Shown here piece after piece: positions 49,654 through 57,339 of a DNA stretch of 64,000 nt. The translations under genes and the position numbers were made by a program. The notes beneath the pieces were generated by a model, which was not told where the DNA came from, ran no database searches, and saw only the letters and a program-made list of their open reading frames with translations. The stretch's first letter is position 1; the number at the start of each line of letters is the position of its first letter. This DNA is from an uncultured Bacillota bacterium. GTDB taxonomy: Bacteria > Bacillota_I > Bacilli_A > RF39 > UBA660. Where the stretch lies: NCBI GenBank assembly GCA_948466255.1, contig CAOJZV010000007.1, forward strand, positions 563 to 64,562. The letters are read 5' to 3'.

Positions 49654-49764
49654 AAAATCATCTCCTATAACATAAATCAGACTACACTATTATTATAATT
49701 CAAAATAAAAAAAATAAAGGTAGAATATTCTACCAATAATTTTAAATAAATTAACTCAAGGTTA

Positions 49765-49853
49765 TTGACAAATTCAAATTAAATTAATATAATAAAAAAG
49801 AATTAACGAAGTCCTTGAGCAATTGTAGCTCTATGGAGGGAGTTAATTTTTTT
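49765..49853 (+). ncRNA. Element 1: TTGACA-N17-TATAAT promoter followed by a hairpin of about 55 nt plus a U-run; candidate small RNA, or a bidirectional terminator
   Basis: Exact consensus hexamers at 49765-49770 and 49788-49793. Stem AAAAAGAATTAAC/GTTAATTTTTTT encloses the conserved core AGTCCTTGAGCAATTGTAGCTCTATGGAGGGA. The element overlaps the stop codon of the - strand CDS at 49843. Confidence 0.4.
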
Positions 49854-50382
49854 CTATTATAAATACTGCAATGGATAAATCATGATTTTTATCATTAATA
49901 TGATTAAATGAAGACATTTCTTTCGGCAATTTGATTCCAATAGCTTCTAACCATTGCCCACCCTCTTTATTAAAAAATAAAATTTTATTTTCCTCATATA
50001 ATTTTTTAATAAATGAATCGGCATTATTTCTTCCATATATACTAGTTATTTTATGGACTTTAAAATTTTTTTCGTTTCTATTTAAAGCAATAGACAACAT
50101 AATTGGCCTACCATTGGTATCCCACTGTTTAATAAAAACTACTATAGAATCTTTTCTTGTAATTGATTTCGCTGATAATATAGCATCTTTGATTTGCTCA
50201 TCTAATAAATACAAATCGCTTTTAGGTATACCGTGCTTTTCAAAAACCTTATTAACGGTTTTCCAATTAATAACCATTTTTTTATCATCGCAAATTGTTG
50301 AATCATTTGGAAAACAGTCACTAATAAAAATAACAGAGTTTTTCTCGTCTTTGTTTAATTGTTTGTAAATTTCCTTTGTCAT
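49843..50382 (-). CDS. Hypothetical protein, 179 aa; resembles the MuF-C/PBECR-type domains of phage and conjugative-element polyvalent proteins (tentative)
   Basis: The pattern ...EKHGIPKSDLYLLDEQIKDAI......SIVVFI....NGRPIMLSIAL......KVHKITSIYGR recalls that family. Weak RBS. No other motif. Confidence 0.3.
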   Translation of the reverse strand: MTKEIYKQLNKDEKNSVIFISDCFPNDSTICDDKKMVINWKTVNKVFEKHGIPKSDLYLLDEQIKDAILSAKSITRKDSIVVFIKQWDTNGRPIMLSIALNRNEKNFKVHKITSIYGRNNADSFIKKLYEENKILFFNKEGGQWLEAIGIKLPKEMSSFNHINDKNHDLSIAVFIIEKN

Positions 50383-50444
50383 ATTTCAATACTAACATAA
50401 CTAAAAAACAAAGTAAACTGTTTTCAATAATTAATATAAAATTA

Positions 50445-50536
50445 TTTACAGAAATAAATATAGCTGTTATAATAAAAAAGAACTAATGCAGTCCTTGAGC
50501 AATCGTAGCTCTATGGGGGAATTTAGTTCTTTTTTT
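50445..50536 (+). ncRNA. Element 2: TTTACA-N17-(TGt)TATAAT promoter followed by the same hairpin plus U-run
   Basis: Hexamers at 50445-50450 and 50468-50473. Stem AAAAAAGAACTAA/TTAGTTCTTTTTTT encloses the core AGTCCTTGAGCAATCGTAGCTCTATGGGGGAA. The stem differs from element 1 by compensatory changes. Confidence 0.4.
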
Positions 50537-50550
50537 ATTATTAACAAATT

Positions 50551-51546
50551 TTATTTTTTAGAAGCAAAATTATAAGCATCCTTGCACATTTCTTCAATTC
50601 CTCTTTCAGCTTTCCAACCAAGTTTTTCATTTGCTAAACTAGGATCTGCATAACATGCAGCAATATCGCCTGGACGTCTATCTTCAATTACATAAGGAAC
50701 TTCTACATTATTTACTTTTTTAACATTTTCAATAAGTTCTAAAACACTATATCCATTTCCAGTTCCTAAATTAAATATACTAAGTCCACCATTTTCTATT
50801 AAATATTCAATAGCTTTAATATGCCCATTTGCTAAATCAACAACATGAATATAATCACGAACACCAGTACCATCTTTAGTATCATAATCATTTCCAAAAA
50901 CATGCACCTTATCATACTGTCCAGTTGCCACTCTCATAATATAAGGCATAATATTATTTGGAATTCCATTTGGCTGTTCACCAATTAATCCACTTTCATG
51001 TGCACCAATTGGATTAAAATATCTAAGTAAAACTATATTCCATTTATCGTTTGATTTACTTAAATCTTTTAAAATTTGTTCAATCATTAATTTCGTATAT
51101 CCATATGGATTAGTTGCAGATAATGGAAAATCTTCTTTAATTGGTAATGTTGAAGGTTTTCCATAAACTGTTGCAGATGATGAAAATACAAAATTATAAA
51201 CATTATTTGCTTCCATCACTTCAAGTAAAGCTAAAGTTGAACCTAAATTATTTTGGTAATACATTAAAGGTTTTTCTACAGATTCGCCAACAGCCTTATA
51301 TCCTGCAAAATGAATAACCGCATTAATTTTTTCTTTAGAAAAAACATCTTCTAAAAACTTTTTATCACAAACATCGCCTTCATAAAATGTAAATTCTTTA
51401 TCAGTTATCATAGAAATCTTATCAAGCACACTAGAGTCTGAATTAGAAAAATTATCAACAATAACAACTTCATGCCCAGACTCCAATAACTCTACTACTG
51501 TATGACTTCCTATATAACCAGTTCCACCAGTAACCAAAACTTTCAT
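50551..51546 (-). CDS. galE: UDP-glucose 4-epimerase
   Basis: VTGGTGYIGSH, SSSATVYG, YGYTK and DGTGVRDYIHVVDLA. Confidence 0.92.
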   Translation of the reverse strand: MKVLVTGGTGYIGSHTVVELLESGHEVVIVDNFSNSDSSVLDKISMITDKEFTFYEGDVCDKKFLEDVFSKEKINAVIHFAGYKAVGESVEKPLMYYQNNLGSTLALLEVMEANNVYNFVFSSSATVYGKPSTLPIKEDFPLSATNPYGYTKLMIEQILKDLSKSNDKWNIVLLRYFNPIGAHESGLIGEQPNGIPNNIMPYIMRVATGQYDKVHVFGNDYDTKDGTGVRDYIHVVDLANGHIKAIEYLIENGGLSIFNLGTGNGYSVLELIENVKKVNNVEVPYVIEDRRPGDIAACYADPSLANEKLGWKAERGIEEMCKDAYNFASKK

Positions 51547-51651
51547 ATCATCACTCTCCTATTACATCAATATTAACACAATTATTCATATAATTCAATT
51601 TACAAATTTTATCATACATGTTAAAATAAAAGGCAAACAAGAGGCGATTAC

Positions 51652-52431
51652 ATGAAAAATATTAATTTCAAACAATTAAAAAAAGATTTAAAAAATAAAA
51701 GAGCAATAATACCAAATATATTAAGTGCATCTAGAATAGCTGCTCCATTCGTTATTCCCCCACTAGCGATGACAGGAAATGTTCCATTAGTATTATTAGC
51801 TGCATCAGGATTTTTATTAACAGATTTTTTAGATGGCAAAATAGCAAGAGCCCTTCATGGCGAAACCAAATTAGGACAGCTATTAGATCAAATATCTGAT
51901 AAAGTATGTTCAATTGGTTTATTATTAGCCTTAATTCCTACTGTTCCATTTATGATAGTTCCGCTAATATTAGAAAGTACAATTGCTGCCATAAATATTA
52001 AAAACACTAAAAAAGGTATAAATGTAAAAAGTGTACAAAGTGGTAGATTAAAAATGTGGCCTCTTTCTATATCATTAATATCTGGATATGGAATGATAAT
52101 GTCTCCTTCTATTGTATTTAATATAATAACTTATTTAGGTTTAGCTACCACTACAGTACTTGAAACTGTAAACATCAAAGAATACCATGATTTAGCAATT
52201 AAATATGATGAACAAAATATAGATGAACATAAAGATATTAAAAAAGCAAAAACTGGTGAATTAGACAAATCAAATTCTAAAGAAAAAACATATGGTAAAA
52301 TAAATTCATATGATATAAATCAATATGTAGAAAATTGTACAAGCATTGAAGAATTAAACGAAATAAAAGAAACAATAAATCCAAATCAAAACATAGAAAC
52401 AAAACAAAAAACAAAACAAAAAAAGCGATAA
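51652..52431 (+). CDS. CDP-alcohol phosphatidyltransferase family protein with a Lys/Asn-rich C-terminal tail
   Basis: DFLDGKIARALHGETKLGQLLDQISDK matches D-x2-DG-x2-AR-x8-G-x3-D-x3-D. Four to six TM helices. Confidence 0.75.
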   Translation: MKNINFKQLKKDLKNKRAIIPNILSASRIAAPFVIPPLAMTGNVPLVLLAASGFLLTDFLDGKIARALHGETKLGQLLDQISDKVCSIGLLLALIPTVPFMIVPLILESTIAAINIKNTKKGINVKSVQSGRLKMWPLSISLISGYGMIMSPSIVFNIITYLGLATTTVLETVNIKEYHDLAIKYDEQNIDEHKDIKKAKTGELDKSNSKEKTYGKINSYDINQYVENCTSIEELNEIKETINPNQNIETKQKTKQKKR

Positions 52432-52446
52432 ACAAATCGCTTTTTC

Positions 52447-52866
52447 TTATATCAAAACATCTTCATTAACCATATGTTTTATAATCATTTCTTGTTCTTT
52501 TGATTTTCTATTTTTAATCTTACCTTTATTAGCGGGATAAAAACTTTTAATTTTTAAAGTACTTCCAAAATTGATTCTTACTGCAACCAATATCATATCA
52601 TCAAATTTTTTATAATATTCTAACCCCTTTGTTTGCGGATTATAAAACACTTCATCTGGCTTTTTGATAATATTTGATAACTTTGACCAAATATGATCAA
52701 TTTTTTCTATACTACCAAAATCTTGTAAATGATGATCGATTATATGTTGCCTTTGTGATTTATAAATAATAATGGGTTTATTAGCATGTTCACTAATATT
52801 CCAATATCTTGCTATTTCTGGATTTAATTTTCCAATATATTCATAATGTTGTTTTCTATTTTTCAT
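52447..52866 (-). CDS. Hypothetical protein, 139 aa; PBECR-like (Barnase-EndoU-ColicinE5/D-RelE-like nuclease fold) domain, tentative
   Basis: PIIIYKSQRQHIIDHH...IKKPDEVFYN....LEYYKKFDDMILVAVRINF...KIKSFYP fits the 'helper-H...H, short beta-sheet' pattern of that family. Start at the ATG after GAAAGG; the ORF track start at 52917 is probably too long. Confidence 0.35.
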   Translation of the reverse strand: MKNRKQHYEYIGKLNPEIARYWNISEHANKPIIIYKSQRQHIIDHHLQDFGSIEKIDHIWSKLSNIIKKPDEVFYNPQTKGLEYYKKFDDMILVAVRINFGSTLKIKSFYPANKGKIKNRKSKEQEMIIKHMVNEDVLI

Positions 52867-52955
52867 ATTATCAAGCCTTTCATTTTTAAACAACATACTG
52901 CAATCAAATTGTAACATTTGTTCGTTATAAAAGTCAACAATTTTTCTAATATATT

Positions 52956-53112
52956 AAAAAAATCAGCCTATCAAAGATAGGCTGACCTGAGTAACTTGGT
53001 TGGGCATCACTTCCAACATCTCATCAAATAGAGTTGCCTCTATTCTACACTTAAGATTTTCATCCGCGATAGACGATGACATTCTATCCTCAAATTACTC
53101 TAATAAATTATA
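52956..53112 (-). ncRNA. Candidate structured RNA or leader 'A': extended -10 promoter (TGgTATAAT), a transcript of about 145 nt and a strong terminator
   Basis: -10 box at 53107-53112 with TG upstream. Terminator TCAGCCTATC-TTT-GATAGGCTGA plus seven U at 52956-52985. Contains GTGATGCCCA, shared with the RNA at 59150-59330. Also encloses a 39-codon ORF (53082..52963). Confidence 0.4.
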
Positions 53113-53222
53113 CCATCAATAGATGACAAAATTTGTTTCAATATGTCAATCAAAGTTGACAAGAATAATTTAACATATTTTCGGATCTTTTTCAAGTATT
53201 TTTGTAATTTTTACATAAATTA

Positions 53223-54362
53223 CTATTTTATAAACATACCAGTAAAAGTCATAAATAATAATGCTCCTACTAAAATAACATATAAGATAACTCCATTAAC
53301 CATTTCAAATTTAGTAGTTTTATATTTAACTCCTACAGCCATAGTTGCAAATACACCACCAATTAAACCGCCGATATGTCCCCAATTATCAATTCCAGGA
53401 GCCATACCAATAAGTAAGTTAAGAATTATTAAAGGAATAATTTGTGATTTAACAACAGTTTCTAAATATACACGGTAATGATATCCAAAGTATACAAGTG
53501 AACCAAGTAAACCAAAGATAGCACCAGAAGCACCAACACTATAACCAGTACTCATAAATATAGATAAACAGTTACCAGCAAATCCACTCATTAGATATAC
53601 AAGTAAGTATTTAGCTTTACCTAAGAAACTTTCAAGCTGCATTCCAATAATATAAATAGCATAACAGTTAAATAGCAAATGAATTAAATTAGCATGTAAA
53701 AACATCCCCGTAAATAAACGATAAAACTCGCCATGCGTAATCATAAATCTATTAACTGCAAAATCATCTACCAAACCAAACATATTACTTAAAAAATAAG
53801 CAATAACATTAATTATAATAAGTGCATAAGTAATAATTGGCCTTTTCATTGAAAAAACTTCTTCATTCATTTTAGCTTCACCCTCATTCTTTTTAGAAAT
53901 ATCACCAGTAAGTTTCATAAATAACTCTACACCTTTTTCAGTAAAAGTCATTTCTTTAGTTATATCTGGAAATTTATCAATAATAAAATTATAATGTTTT
54001 AAATCATCTTCTTCATTAATTTGTGCAATATCAATTTTAGGTGTATCTTCAAATTTATTTAAATTAACATTATCATTTAAATTAACAAAAATACTAAGCG
54101 CATTCATTTTAAAAGAAAGCGTTTTCTTTTTAATCATTTTCATAAGTTTTTTTGTTTTAAATAAATCAAATTCAAATTGTTCATCATTATGGATATAATT
54201 AGAAACAATTCGAACAATCTTATAATCTTCTTCCATATTTTCAAGCCAAATTTCGCCTTCTACTCCCCTAATAACAATTGGAGTATAATTTTTTTCAGAA
54301 ATAAAATATCTAAGTAATTTCATTACAAGTTCATCATTTGGATTAGCTATCATTTCTTCCAT
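53223..54362 (-). CDS. Rhomboid-family intramembrane serine protease with an N-terminal cytoplasmic domain (GluP/YqgP-like)
   Basis: The rhomboid core has HANLIHLLFN and the catalytic GASGAIFGLLG, with a downstream histidine in GHIGGLIGG. Confidence 0.85.
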   Translation of the reverse strand: MEEMIANPNDELVMKLLRYFISEKNYTPIVIRGVEGEIWLENMEEDYKIVRIVSNYIHNDEQFEFDLFKTKKLMKMIKKKTLSFKMNALSIFVNLNDNVNLNKFEDTPKIDIAQINEEDDLKHYNFIIDKFPDITKEMTFTEKGVELFMKLTGDISKKNEGEAKMNEEVFSMKRPIITYALIIINVIAYFLSNMFGLVDDFAVNRFMITHGEFYRLFTGMFLHANLIHLLFNCYAIYIIGMQLESFLGKAKYLLVYLMSGFAGNCLSIFMSTGYSVGASGAIFGLLGSLVYFGYHYRVYLETVVKSQIIPLIILNLLIGMAPGIDNWGHIGGLIGGVFATMAVGVKYKTTKFEMVNGVILYVILVGALLFMTFTGMFIK

Positions 54363-54373
54363 ATTAAAACCTC

Positions 54374-55252
54374 CTACTCAAAATGATTCATAATATTAGT
54401 AAATTTTAAAGGTAGTTCACTATCAAACTGCATATATTCACCCGTAGTTGGATGAATAAATCCTAATTCTTTAGCGTGTAAACACTGCCCTGAATCATCA
54501 ATTAATTTTCTTTTTCCATAAACAGGATCATTAACTACAGGATGTCCAATATAATCCATATGAACCCTAATTTGGTGAGTTCTACCTGTTTCTAATTTTA
54601 ATTCTATTAAAGTAACATCTTCAAATCTTTTCAAAACTTTAAAATGCGTAATAGCTTCTTTTCCATCAGGATTAATTGCCATTTTCTTACGATCATTTAA
54701 AGATCTACCTATAGGCGCATCTATAAGTCCTGTATCATTAGGAATAACTCCCCAAACTAAAGCTACATATTTACGATAAGTTTTCTTTTCAGCAAGCTCT
54801 TTAGCCAAAATATCATGTGCTTTATTATTTTTAGCTACCATTAGTAACCCTGTTGTATAGGCATCAATTCTATGAACAATACCTGGACGAAACTCGCCAT
54901 TTTTATCACTTAACTTACTGTGATATAAAAGGCCATTAACTAAAGTCCCATGATAATTACCTGGTGCTGGATGAACAACTACTCCATTAGCCTTATTAAC
55001 TACAATAACATCATCATCTTCATAAACAATATCTAAATCCATTTTTTCAGGTGTTACATTCATATCTTCGTTTGCATGGTTAACTGTAACCACATCATCA
55101 ATACGCGTAACATATCCTGCTTTTGCTTCTTTACCATTAACTAAAACCTCTTTATTTTTTATCATTTTAGTTACACTACTACGGCTAACATCCATAGCTT
55201 TAGCTAAAAAATTATCTAACCTTTCACCAGCTTCACTTATTTGATACTCCAT
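54374..55252 (-). CDS. rluD: RluA-family 23S rRNA pseudouridine synthase (RluD-like)
   Basis: N-terminal S4 domain, catalytic HRIDAYTTGLL and TGRTHQIRVH. The lspA-rluD arrangement is conserved in Bacillota. Confidence 0.85.
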   Translation of the reverse strand: MEYQISEAGERLDNFLAKAMDVSRSSVTKMIKNKEVLVNGKEAKAGYVTRIDDVVTVNHANEDMNVTPEKMDLDIVYEDDDVIVVNKANGVVVHPAPGNYHGTLVNGLLYHSKLSDKNGEFRPGIVHRIDAYTTGLLMVAKNNKAHDILAKELAEKKTYRKYVALVWGVIPNDTGLIDAPIGRSLNDRKKMAINPDGKEAITHFKVLKRFEDVTLIELKLETGRTHQIRVHMDYIGHPVVNDPVYGKRKLIDDSGQCLHAKELGFIHPTTGEYMQFDSELPLKFTNIMNHFE

Positions 55253-55700
55253 GTTTTTCTCCTTTACAAATAAAAATAATGATTAATATTATTGAAATAA
55301 CTATACATATATCCGCAAAATTAAATACTGGAAAATTATAACCAAATAAATTAAAATCCAAATAATCAATAACAGATCCATGAACCACTCTATCAATTAA
55401 ATTTCCTATAATTCCGCCTATTAAAACACCATAAATAATTTCTTCATATTTATTTAAATCTTTCCCTTTAATTAAAAAGAAATAGATTAAGTTTAAAGCT
55501 ATAATAGAAATTAAAATTAAAAATAATGTATTAGAACTTAAAATACTAAAAGCAGCTCCAGTATTTTGTAACATAGTTATAGAAAAGAAATCACCAATCA
55601 CACTTATACTACTTCCCACAGATAAAACACTAATTAAAACATTTTTAATAATTTGGTCTACAAGCGTACAAATAAATGCAATTACTAGAATTTTTTTCAT
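55233..55700 (-). CDS. lspA: Lipoprotein signal peptidase II
   Basis: NTGAAFS, GNLIDR and FNFADI motifs. Four TM helices. The ATG at 55700 is preferred over the TTG at 55712. Own TGgTATAAT promoter at about 55721-55731. Confidence 0.88.
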   Translation of the reverse strand: MKKILVIAFICTLVDQIIKNVLISVLSVGSSISVIGDFFSITMLQNTGAAFSILSSNTLFLILISIIALNLIYFFLIKGKDLNKYEEIIYGVLIGGIIGNLIDRVVHGSVIDYLDFNLFGYNFPVFNFADICIVISIILIIIFICKGEKHGVSNK

Positions 55701-55756
55701 TTTCTTCACCAAGGAGTATTATACCAAAAATATAAAAAAAAAGATAGTATACTTAA

Positions 55757-55920
55757 TAAAACAAAAACACCCAAAAGGGTGTCTTGCGAAAAAGAATTAG
55801 AGAAATAATGTAAATGGAAATCAGAAACAATATTCAAAAAACATCTTCATAAGGAACTTCACAAAAATAAAATTTCCATTTACAAAAACGTATTTTAACA
55901 AGGTCAAAATATAAAGTCAA
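55757..55920 (-). ncRNA. Candidate sRNA of about 130 nt: TTGACT-N17-TAAAAT promoter, 13-bp perfect long-range stem, single-stranded U/C-rich tract and terminator
   Basis: -35 at 55915-55920 and -10 at 55892-55897. Inverted repeat TGTAAATGGAAAT (55809-55821) / ATTTCCATTTACA (55872-55884). Terminator ACACCC-TTTT-GGGTGT plus TTTTTGTTTT at 55757-55782. No ORF longer than 10 codons. Confidence 0.45.
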
Positions 55921-55994
55921 TGCTTTTTACCAAATTCCTATTTTGGTAAAAAAACTATACAAAAAAAGAAATTTGGTAAACGCTTTTAAAAAAG

Positions 55995-56025
55995 AAGGAA
56001 TTTGATATATAAATACCGTATATTA
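55995..56025 (+). promoter_or_regulatory. Promoter-like box copy 3: AAGGAATTT-N13-CGTATATTA, 52 nt upstream of the DUF1016 gene start
   Basis: Read directly. GGAATTTG.TATA.AAATA.CGTATATTA.ATATGAAG is shared almost base for base with copy 1. Confidence 0.5.
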
Positions 56026-56076
56026 TATATGAAGAATAAAAATAGGCAAAACATTAACAGAGAAAGGAAGAAAAAT

Positions 56077-57018
56077 ATGATAAAAAATAAAGAAAACATT
56101 TACACAAAAAATATTAAAAATTTAATTGAACAAAACATAGTGCAAAATAAAGTAAGAAACATCCAAAAAGAAAAGGACAAATTGTATACATATTGGAATA
56201 TTGGCAAAGAAATAGTAAAAGCGCAGAACGAAGATAAAATAAAATATGGAAATAGTTATATAAAGAATCTAAGCATAGAATTGACACACCTTTATGGTTC
56301 TGGCTATGATCAATCAAATTTAAGGCGCATGAAAAATTTTTATATATGTTATCCAAATTGGGCGCCAGTGGCGCCCAATTTCATCACATGGACCCATATA
56401 GTAAATATTTTACCAATTAAAGATAAAAACAAAAGAAACTATTATATCAATTTAGTAATTAAAAATCACCTTTCAAAAAGGCAATTAAAAGAAGAAATTA
56501 AAAATAACGCTTATGAAAGATTAGATAATGAAACTAAAAACAATATAGAATTAATAACAAAGGAAGAAACAATAGATATAATGGATTTTATAAAAGACCC
56601 ACTTTTAATAGATTTGCAAGAATTAAAAGATAAAGAATTAAATGAAAAAGCTTTAAAAAAAGCTATCTTAAAACAAATCGAAACATTTCTTTTAGAATTA
56701 GGCGCTGGCTTCTCCTTCGTTGGTAGCGAAAAGAAAATAAAAGTTGGAAATAAATTTCATTATATAGATTTACTATTTTTCAATATAGAACACGAATGTT
56801 ATGTCGCAATTGAACTTAAAATTAAAAATTTAAAACCAAGTGATATAGGTCAACTACAATTTTATCTAAACTACATAGATACTGAAATAAAGAAACCTCA
56901 CCACAATCCTACAATTGGAATTTTAATATGTAAAAAGAATGATAAAAATATAGAAAAATACTTAAGTCAAAACAATATAAAAATTACCACTTACAAAGAT
57001 AAAAACTCAGAAATTTAA
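56077..57018 (+). CDS. DUF1016 (YhcG-like) PD-(D/E)xK nuclease-fold protein
   Basis: The N-terminal helical domain (YWNIGKEIV...YGNSYIKNLS..L...YG.GYDQSNLRRMKNFY...WTH...L) and the C-terminal FSFVGSEKKIKVGNKFHYIDLLFFNIEHECYVAIELKIK core (D...ExK) are typical. Start at the ATG after GAAAGGAAG. Confidence 0.75.
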   Translation: MIKNKENIYTKNIKNLIEQNIVQNKVRNIQKEKDKLYTYWNIGKEIVKAQNEDKIKYGNSYIKNLSIELTHLYGSGYDQSNLRRMKNFYICYPNWAPVAPNFITWTHIVNILPIKDKNKRNYYINLVIKNHLSKRQLKEEIKNNAYERLDNETKNNIELITKEETIDIMDFIKDPLLIDLQELKDKELNEKALKKAILKQIETFLLELGAGFSFVGSEKKIKVGNKFHYIDLLFFNIEHECYVAIELKIKNLKPSDIGQLQFYLNYIDTEIKKPHHNPTIGILICKKNDKNIEKYLSQNNIKITTYKDKNSEI

Positions 57019-57036
57019 TTTTCTGAGTTTTGTTAT

Positions 57037-57339
57037 TTACTTACCTATCCATCTTAAAATTTCTTCTTTAGGCATATACCCAACTTTTGCATCGCGATTT
57101 CCACCATTAAAGTAAATTAATGTTGGCATACTCATAACTCCATATCTTTTACAAAGTTCCATGTTTTCATCAACATTTACTTTCACAATTTGAATCCTAT
57201 CTTTAATTTCTTCAAGTTCAGGTGCAAGCATTTTACATGGGCCACACCAAGTCGCATAAAAATCTACAAGCATTTCACCTCTAGTAAGTAAATCATCGAA
57301 ATTACTTTCATTAGCTTCAATTATTTCCATTCTATTCAC
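57037..57339 (-). CDS. trxA: Thioredoxin
   Basis: WCGPCK active site. 100 aa. Confidence 0.93.
   Translation of the reverse strand: MNRMEIIEANESNFDDLLTRGEMLVDFYATWCGPCKMLAPELEEIKDRIQIVKVNVDENMELCKRYGVMSMPTLIYFNGGNRDAKVGYMPKEEILRWIGK

Noticed and set aside
52380-52431. A/C-rich low-complexity tract (aaacaaaaaacaaaacaaaaaaagcg) at the 3' end of the CDP-alcohol phosphatidyltransferase gene as a slippage or phase-variation site.
   Set aside because: It is not a uniform homopolymer or a perfect short tandem repeat. It simply encodes the Lys/Gln/Thr-rich tail, and A-runs of this length are common throughout this genome.
52956-53112. T-box riboswitch interpretation of RNAs 'A' and 'B'. Both have a terminator plus an alternative pairing, and aminoacyl-tRNA synthetase genes are nearby.
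   Set aside because: No GGGUGGUACCGCG-type T-box sequence, no AGAGA/GNUGGA stem I features and no specifier-loop architecture were found. The lengths (about 145-170 nt) are short. Neither RNA precedes an aaRS or amino-acid gene. The gap upstream of hisS (63229-63318) is too short for a T-box.
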